Part shown: piece after piece, positions 58,173 to 64,000 of the stretch
How positions within the stretch are numbered: position 1 is the stretch's first letter
Layout: every line of letters begins with the position of its first letter
Source of the DNA: Flavobacteriaceae bacterium
Lineage (GTDB): Bacteria > Bacteroidota > Bacteroidia > Flavobacteriales > Flavobacteriaceae
Reading direction: 5' to 3'
Assembly: GCA_947456955.1 (NCBI GenBank)
Contig: CANGTQ010000005.1
Location: 8,880 to 72,879 of the forward strand
Length of the DNA stretch: 64,000 nt
Program-made: the position numbers and the translations under genes
The notes under the pieces: model-generated
Database searches by the model: none
Seen by the model: the letters and a program-made list of their open reading frames with translations, nothing else
What the model was told of the DNA's origin: nothing

Positions 58173-59111
58173 TTAATCTTTTAATATATAAATTAATTCA
58201 TCTATTTTCTCTTTTTCAAGTATAGGTAAAATCCAACTTTTTGGAATTGCAGCATAACCATAAAACAAACCTGCCAATCCTCCCGTTACAGCTCCCGTTG
58301 TATCGGTATCGCCACCTAAATTAACGGCTTTTAGAACAGCGTCTTCATAAGTATCTGTAGTTAACAAACACCAAATACTGGCTTCTAATGTTTGAATGAC
58401 ATATCCACCACTTTGGATTAGATTTTCATTTAATTCATAAATATTTCCGTTAATAAGTCTGTCAAAATGGGGTAATTCAACGCTGTAAATTTTATTAGAA
58501 TTTAAAAACTCAGGGACAGTTTTTTTAAGATTTTCATAAATCTCAAATTTGTCTTTACCTTCCATTAGTTGTAATGCAAACTCTAAGTAATAGAAACAAG
58601 AAATAACAGAACGATTATGTGCATGGGTAATGGATGAAGCTTCTTTTACTAAGTCAAAACGTTTCTCGATACTTAAATCTTTAAGTAGCAATGCTAATGG
58701 TAATATCCGCATTAAGGAACCATTACCATTATCAATTTCATTTTGACCTCCAGCGAGGTTTGGATGAACTCCTTTACTAAGATTGATGATCGATTGCCTT
58801 GTCGTATTTCCAATATCAAATACTTCTCCCGTTGCGGTCCAATAGCCTTCATTTTTCCATTTGATAAATTTACTGGCTAATCTATGGATGTCATATCCTT
58901 CAACAATAGATTCTGCCAAACAAAAAGTTAGCGAACTATCATCAGACCACACTCCTATTCCTTGGTCATGTACACCTCCAGAACCCATTTTTGTTACTGG
59001 ATTATTCTTTAAATATTCCCTACTCTCAAATTCAACAGGGACACCCAAAGCATCTCCCACGCAAACCCCATAGAGAATGTCTTTCAAATAATTTCTTGTT
59101 ACCCTATCCAT
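58173..59111 (-). CDS. ADP-ribosylglycohydrolase (ARH/DraG family)
   Basis: GVCVGDALGVPVEF, WSDDSS, GGDTDTTGAVTGGLAGLFYG. Confidence 0.88.
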   Translation of the reverse strand: MDRVTRNYLKDILYGVCVGDALGVPVEFESREYLKNNPVTKMGSGGVHDQGIGVWSDDSSLTFCLAESIVEGYDIHRLASKFIKWKNEGYWTATGEVFDIGNTTRQSIINLSKGVHPNLAGGQNEIDNGNGSLMRILPLALLLKDLSIEKRFDLVKEASSITHAHNRSVISCFYYLEFALQLMEGKDKFEIYENLKKTVPEFLNSNKIYSVELPHFDRLINGNIYELNENLIQSGGYVIQTLEASIWCLLTTDTYEDAVLKAVNLGGDTDTTGAVTGGLAGLFYGYAAIPKSWILPILEKEKIDELIYILKD

Positions 59112-59144
59112 ATTAATCTATTTATTTAAATTTCTTTATTCTCA

Positions 59145-59405
59145 TTAAAATTTATCTTTTTCATTTTTGTTATAATCTAAACAACCTTTGATATACGATA
59201 TAAACCCAATTAATTCATAAATAAAAACACCTATTATCCATTTTACCATTATGCTTGGAAAAGTAAAAAAAACAACAAAAATTACCACTGTGGAACATAA
59301 AGCATAAGTCTTAAATGCTCTATCTGAATATAATCTTAGAATATCCGAATAGCCAGCTGTAACTAGAAAATTAAAAATAAAGAAACCTAAGATAAATAGA
59401 TACAT
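59145..59405 (-). CDS. Small membrane protein (3 predicted TM)
   Basis: 86 aa, three hydrophobic stretches. 33 nt upstream of ARH. Confidence 0.45.
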   Translation of the reverse strand: MYLFILGFFIFNFLVTAGYSDILRLYSDRAFKTYALCSTVVIFVVFFTFPSIMVKWIIGVFIYELIGFISYIKGCLDYNKNEKDKF

Positions 59406-59483
59406 AGTAAGTAGTTTTATATTAGTGATACAAATGTAGGAATCGATTTAGTCAAAATATGACAAAGTTATCTTCAATTATAT

Positions 59484-60989
59484 TCAATCTGTCCCTAAGT
59501 ATTCCATATCCTTATTTTCTCCCAATTCATTTTTATAACAAACACCAATACCATTTTTTGTATTTATCTCCCCTAGTAAATGTAAATCAGTAAATCCATA
59601 ACAATGATTAATTAATATCGATTTTATTTTATTTAATGCAAACAAGGGTTTTATTGATTGTATTTTATTACAATCACAAAGTTGAATATATTCAAGATTT
59701 TTTAAGTTGGACAGCAATTCAAGATTATCAATTATATTATTATTTTCTATATAGAATTCTTTAAGGTTTTTTAAATATTTGATAGCATTAATATCTTCCA
59801 AAGAAGGCAAATTGTAAAAAGAAATGTCACTGATCTTGTTACATTTTGAAAGTGAATTAAGTGATTTTAAATTGTGGAAATCACCTAGATTCAAGCATCT
59901 GAGATTGATTAAGTTTTCAAATCCGTGTATTGTTTTTACAGAAGAATTATAAATAGATAATTCTTCTAATTGCTGGCATTTTGTTAATAAACCTAAAGAT
60001 TTAAGGGCATATACCGACCAAACTCTCAATGACTTTAATTTGCTTAAATCAGTAATGAAGGATAACGATTTTAATTTTTTATTATACATAAGTTCAAGTT
60101 TCTCTAAAGTAGTAAGTAAGCTAATGTTTTCATATTCAGAAAATACATTACAATCCTCAATTTGAAGAGATTTAATTTTTGTCAAATTATGAAATCCAAT
60201 AATTTCTTTTAATTTTCTATTGCTATTTATACTTAAACGTTTCAACGAATGTGGTTTGTCTAAATGAATTACTTTTATGGAATTACATTCTTGAATAGAC
60301 AAAACTTCCAATTTTTTAATAGCAAAAATGCCATCTATATTTTTTAATTTATCACAATAGGAAAGGTCAATAATTTTAAGATTACTTAATTTCATTATTT
60401 TTTCAATTCCTTTTATATTATTGCAGTTATAGAGTTGAATTTCATTTAATTCACTTAGCTTTTCAATACTTTTTAAATCAGTAATTGAATTACAATAATA
60501 CATCGCCAAACATTTCAGATTTGAAAGACTTTCTAGCGGTTTTAAATTGGTTAAATTTTGTGTTTTAAAATAAATGGTCAGTAAATTGGAATATGTTTTA
60601 CTAAAGCCCGTAAAACATTTTCTGTCTTCCAAAATGTCAATACTTTTTACTCTTGTATTTTCGTTAAGTGTATTTAAAATTTCTAAATCAGGAAACTCAA
60701 TACATTTTAGTTTTTCCAAACATGGCAACTCATTTACTGGACTTAAATCCAATAGAGAATTACAATTTTCTATGGAAAGTACCCGTAATTTTTTAAACGA
60801 ACCTATTGCTGACAAATCTTTGAAATTCTCACAACTTGTAATGGAGATTTTTTCTAGGTCTTGTAATAGAATAAAAGGCTCTAAATTTTCAATTGATGAA
60901 TTGTCTTTTAATTCTAACTTTTTTAAATTGAAGGCAAAAGATTGATTTTCACCATTACTGAGCGTAATGGTAATAAATTCGTTTTTCAT
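59484..60989 (-). CDS. Leucine-rich repeat protein (cysteine-containing, RNI/FBXL-like LRRs)
   Basis: 501 aa. About 18 tandem 22-24 aa units of the form L..L..L.l..C..l.dl..l (e.g. LKKLRVLSIENCNSLLDLSPV, LSNLKCLAMYYCNSITDLKSI). No signal peptide. Confidence 0.8.
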   Translation of the reverse strand: MKNEFITITLSNGENQSFAFNLKKLELKDNSSIENLEPFILLQDLEKISITSCENFKDLSAIGSFKKLRVLSIENCNSLLDLSPVNELPCLEKLKCIEFPDLEILNTLNENTRVKSIDILEDRKCFTGFSKTYSNLLTIYFKTQNLTNLKPLESLSNLKCLAMYYCNSITDLKSIEKLSELNEIQLYNCNNIKGIEKIMKLSNLKIIDLSYCDKLKNIDGIFAIKKLEVLSIQECNSIKVIHLDKPHSLKRLSINSNRKLKEIIGFHNLTKIKSLQIEDCNVFSEYENISLLTTLEKLELMYNKKLKSLSFITDLSKLKSLRVWSVYALKSLGLLTKCQQLEELSIYNSSVKTIHGFENLINLRCLNLGDFHNLKSLNSLSKCNKISDISFYNLPSLEDINAIKYLKNLKEFYIENNNIIDNLELLSNLKNLEYIQLCDCNKIQSIKPLFALNKIKSILINHCYGFTDLHLLGEINTKNGIGVCYKNELGENKDMEYLGTD

Positions 60990-61035
60990 AATTGATTTAG
61001 GAAGTTGTTACTAAATTATTTATTATTCAGTGAGT

Positions 61036-61482
61036 TTATAATAAGTTTTTAATTCTGGTAGAAATTTGGTCATCTTCATCGATTACTTCTCTTAATTCTG
61101 GATTTATTTCAATAGCTTTTAATAAAAATTCCAAATTATTTTTTAGAGCAACCGAACCCCACAATATTGGATTCCCGACAGGAACATCTACTCTTATGGC
61201 ATCAAGCATTAATTCTTCATTATCCGATAGACTGTCATCTGCAAAAATGAGAAACGAAGAATCACAACCACTTTTTAACAAACCTTCTCTAATGAAACTA
61301 ACATCTTTCGAATAGTATTTCTTAATTATAGATTTATATTCATTAAGAGGTTCTTCATCCCAAAGCCAAATATCAGGATTGCATAAAAGCAAAATTTCTT
61401 TGTCGCATTTTAGTTCATAGCTGAGATTTTGGAATTCGTAAGTATCGTCCTCAATAATATCTAGTGCTTCGTCTTTTGTCAT
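61036..61482 (-). CDS. DUF4116-like repeat protein
   Basis: 148 aa. Repeated D.E..L.a.. units (CDKEILLLC, DNEELMLDAIRVD, NNLEFLLKAIEINPEL). Assignment by pattern. Confidence 0.45.
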   Translation of the reverse strand: MTKDEALDIIEDDTYEFQNLSYELKCDKEILLLCNPDIWLWDEEPLNEYKSIIKKYYSKDVSFIREGLLKSGCDSSFLIFADDSLSDNEELMLDAIRVDVPVGNPILWGSVALKNNLEFLLKAIEINPELREVIDEDDQISTRIKNLL

Positions 61483-61534
61483 TTTTGTTTTTTTTATAAG
61501 TAATTAGTAAAACGAGATTGTACTATTTAATAAT

Positions 61535-61864
61535 TCAGTAATCAAATGTATCTAAAAATTTTAATTCTGTTGCTGTGAGATTATCCAAACCAACTTCATT
61601 TATTTTATCCAAAATGACATTTAAGGTTTCCGTAGTATCTATTGCTTCCCAATGGTCGTAATAACGTTCATCAAAAATAGATTTAGATTGAGCGTAGTTA
61701 TTTAGACAAACTAAAATTAATATAAATGGTATTATTTTATTTGGTGTGTATTTAGCAGCAATAGCAAAGGGTTTGGAGCAGGATAAGAAAAAATTAGTAG
61801 TAAGGATTGAAAATTTATTCTTATGTATTGAAGTTAAATTATAAATTTGAAAAACCTTGGGCAA
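61535..61864 (-). CDS. Hypothetical small protein (start uncertain)
   Basis: 109 aa ORF. Internal signal-like IIPFILILVCLNNYAQ, C-terminal LDKINEVGLDNLTATELKFL motif. 9 nt after the upstream gene. Confidence 0.4.
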   Translation of the reverse strand: MPKVFQIYNLTSIHKNKFSILTTNFFLSCSKPFAIAAKYTPNKIIPFILILVCLNNYAQSKSIFDERYYDHWEAIDTTETLNVILDKINEVGLDNLTATELKFLDTFDY

Positions 61865-61873
61865 TTCAAAACC

Positions 61874-62431
61874 TTAAAGATGTAAATCAACCAATTGCAA
61901 GGCTTCAAAAAAATCGATTGCTTTAACTTCTTCAAAAAAATCTATTTCACTCTCATGTGGAAGAAAATCAGAAATTATACGAATAATAAAATCTTGTGGT
62001 TTTTTTAAAAACATAAAGGTATAGTCTTCCATATTTACAACTGTTCGTTCAGCCAAATCGGTTGTTCTTACAAATTTATCAGAAGTTAGTGATGTTAAAA
62101 ATGGTAGTTGTGTTTTGGACAATGTATTAATTGGCGCTCCATTTTCAAACAAACCACCTTCGTAACCATACAAAGAGGAATTTGTGATTTCTATTGGTTT
62201 TCCAAATCCTAAATAGGCTGGTAACTCATTTTGTTTTCCAACAATAGCTGCAAATCCCATTAAAATACAAACATCATGATGGGGTAAATTCATAAGTGCT
62301 TTTGCGGCACTCTCTCTACCAATGCCAGATACAACAACTTTATAATTATGTTTCAAATCGGGAATACGAGACAAGGCATCATGTACTTTCTCTTGTTCTA
62401 TTTCCATTGGGGTAAGGATGATAATATTCAT
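61874..62431 (-). CDS. Short MTAN/PNP_UDP_1-like nucleosidase/phosphorylase family protein
   Basis: 185 aa. IIILTPMEIE, VVSGIGRESAAKAL, ILMGFAAIVG, VVNMEDY and IRIISDF match the nucleosidase-fold GIG..AA, ME and ISD positions. 55 nt downstream of psuG. Confidence 0.6.
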   Translation of the reverse strand: MNIIILTPMEIEQEKVHDALSRIPDLKHNYKVVVSGIGRESAAKALMNLPHHDVCILMGFAAIVGKQNELPAYLGFGKPIEITNSSLYGYEGGLFENGAPINTLSKTQLPFLTSLTSDKFVRTTDLAERTVVNMEDYTFMFLKKPQDFIIRIISDFLPHESEIDFFEEVKAIDFFEALQLVDLHL

Positions 62432-62486
62432 TTTATATAGTTTAATTTCAAAAAAGCATTTTGGAAAATGAACAGATGGGTATTTT

Positions 62487-63407
62487 CTATTTCATTCCTT
62501 GTAAAGCCACAGCAATCATTGTAGCAATTTTTGCATTGTTTTTTATCAAGGCAATGTTGGCTTCTAAGCTTTCTCCTTCAGTATTATCGGCTATGAATTT
62601 TAATAAAAAAGGAGTTACTGCTTTGCCTTTAACACCTTGTTTACTAGCTTCGTTAAGTGCTTTTAGAATGTGTTTTTCTATAACAGCTGGTTCCATTTCA
62701 TATTCAGCAGGAACCGGATTGGCAATCAAAACGGAACCATTTAACCCTAAATCCCATTTGGCGCTTAAGAGTTGGGCAACGTCTTTTGCAGTATCCAAAC
62801 GAAGTGGTGATTTAAAACCACTTTTGGAAGAATAAAAACTGGGGAATTCGTCCTGCCCAAAAGTCACAACCGGCACGCCAATCGTCTCCATATATTCCAA
62901 AGTCAAGCCAATATCCAATATCGATTTTACACCAGCGGCAACTATAGCTACATTGGTTTTTGCCATCTCGGTCAAATCAGCTGAAATGTCCATGGTTACT
63001 TCCGCACCACGATGAACACCTCCAATACCTCCCGTAGCAAAGATTTTAATTCCGGCCATGGCAGCAATACGCATGGTAGCTGCTACAGTTGTGGCGCCTG
63101 GCAATTGTTGGGCAATAACATAAGGCATGTCGCGTATACTTACTTTCCAAACATCCTTAGTTTGTGCAAAATAATCAATGTCTTCTTTTGACAAGCCTAC
63201 TAAACATTTTCCGTTTCGTATTGCAATCGTAGCTGGAACTGCGCCATTTTTTCTTACCACATCTTCAACAGCAGCTGCTGTAATTGCATTTTTTGGCCAC
63301 GGCATGCCATGGGAAATAATAGTAGATTCCAGTGCTACAATAGGCAGATTATTATCCAAAGCGTTTTGTACTTCTGAGCTAATAATGATATAATCCTTTT
63401 TAGTCAT
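62487..63407 (-). CDS. psuG: Pseudouridine-5'-phosphate glycosidase
   Basis: 306 aa. VALESTIISHGMPWP, FATGGIGGVHRG, IndA family. Confidence 0.92.
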   Translation of the reverse strand: MTKKDYIIISSEVQNALDNNLPIVALESTIISHGMPWPKNAITAAAVEDVVRKNGAVPATIAIRNGKCLVGLSKEDIDYFAQTKDVWKVSIRDMPYVIAQQLPGATTVAATMRIAAMAGIKIFATGGIGGVHRGAEVTMDISADLTEMAKTNVAIVAAGVKSILDIGLTLEYMETIGVPVVTFGQDEFPSFYSSKSGFKSPLRLDTAKDVAQLLSAKWDLGLNGSVLIANPVPAEYEMEPAVIEKHILKALNEASKQGVKGKAVTPFLLKFIADNTEGESLEANIALIKNNAKIATMIAVALQGMK

Positions 63408-64000
63408 TATAATATTTTTTCTTGTTTTTATAAAGTGTTGAAGGTTTCAACGATAAGTCAACAGCACCTTTTCTTTTTAATATTTCTAAAGCTAATGTGT
63501 GTCCCAATTGCAGGCAAGTCATTTCATCTTCACCATTTACAAAACCAAAAACCCAACCTGCCAAGGCGGCATCTCCTGCCCCAGTGCTATCTACAATTTT
63601 AATAGATGGAACCGACAAAGCTAGATTTTGTGAAGCAGTAAACCACTCAGAGCCCTCTGCTCCTTTTCTGAGCCAAATGGCTTTCACTCCCCTTTCAAAA
63701 AGTGATGCTTGTAGTTGCTCTTTTAAAGTAACATGGGCGCACATCGCTGCGAGTTCATCTTCGTTAGGTGTTAGCATAAAAACTCCGTTTAAATCTAATG
63801 TTGCTAATTTTATTGCCTTGGAAACCGAAACAGGTTCTATGATGAGTTGCTTTTGGTTGGCTTTAGCAAAATGAATTAGCCATTGAATTGTTTTACTCTC
63901 CAGATTAGTGTCAATAATCAGTATGTCAAAACCCTTGATATAATCGGTTTGGCTTTCTAAATAGTCTACAGATATATACTTCCCACAGCTATCCTGACAA
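63400..64000 (-). CDS. psuK: PfkB-family carbohydrate/pseudouridine kinase, C-terminal part (gene continues past window end)
   Basis: The frame stays open upstream of the track's Met to the window edge (...DILIIDTNLESKTIQWLIHFAKANQKQLIIEPVSVSKAIKL...LTPNEDEL). DSTGAGDA motif. Overlaps the psuG start by 8 nt. Confidence 0.8.
   Translation of the reverse strand, partial: CQDSCGKYISVDYLESQTDYIKGFDILIIDTNLESKTIQWLIHFAKANQKQLIIEPVSVSKAIKLATLDLNGVFMLTPNEDELAAMCAHVTLKEQLQASLFERGVKAIWLRKGAEGSEWFTASQNLALSVPSIKIVDSTGAGDAALAGWVFGFVNGEDEMTCLQLGHTLALEILKRKGAVDLSLKPSTLYKNKKKYYND

Noticed and set aside
62461-63874. Plus-strand ORFs 62461..62835, 63178..63393 and 63497..63874
   Set aside because: They are antisense to psuG and psuK, which have clear family motifs. 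Their Ala/Ser/Thr-rich shadow composition is typical of reverse frames.

Overview
This is a low-GC Bacteroidota chromosome segment that looks like Flavobacterium. The supporting evidence is parA-parB-DUF5683-dapB synteny, PadR-PspC-DUF2807 and TAnnTTTG -7 promoter boxes. No rRNA, tRNA, CRISPR array, integrase or transposase was seen.

**Core block (1 to about 41.5 kb).** This is housekeeping sequence:
- rluD (partial), a PASTA protein, ddl and coaD
- a minimal ethanolamine module (eat-eutB-eutC)
- a DbpA-type DEAD-box helicase, a Nudix hydrolase, pyrE and an LTA-synthase-like sulfatase
- a fatty-acid beta-oxidation set (acyl-CoA ligase, MarR, fadJ-like, thiolase, acyl-CoA dehydrogenase), interrupted by a four-helix-bundle (23S IVS-type) gene
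- sdaA, a porin, a NatAB-like ABC pair and dnaJ-grpE
- PadR-PspC-DUF2807x2, pyrB-pyrR, an aminotransferase, an SDR, parAB and dapB

**Accessory-looking block (about 41.5 to 62.4 kb).** Directly after dapB the character changes to roughly 21 kb that appears more AT-rich by eye and is dense in orphan genes. Decayed gene fragments sit at its left edge. It contains:
1. a GC-enriched, strongly structured approximately 117-nt candidate RNA, followed by a 7-gene plus-strand operon of unknowns with a PP2C phosphatase, a DUF3293-like protein and a membrane-anchored GH25 muramidase
2. a tight minus-strand triad: a TM0106/RecB-like nuclease fused to an SF1 helicase (1119 aa), a small SIR2 and a 122-aa orphan
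3. an HD protein, SbcD, SbcC and a 456-aa orphan in one tightly spaced operon (11-nt and 23-nt gaps, then a 14-nt overlap)
4. an ADP-ribosylglycohydrolase, a small membrane protein, a Cys-type LRR protein, a DUF4116-like protein and a short MTAN/PNP-like nucleosidase abutting psuK-psuG

I regard these NAD/ADP-ribose and DNA-end-processing modules, and the RNA-led operon, as the best candidates for an undescribed conflict or defence system. None matches a defence system I can name.

**Repeat layer.** A second notable feature is a set of imperfect palindromes built from short words in many intergenic spacers. One of them encloses the four-helix-bundle ORF like an rRNA intervening sequence. One 16-mer from this layer also occurs inside a 33-nt in-frame insertion in the SDR gene.
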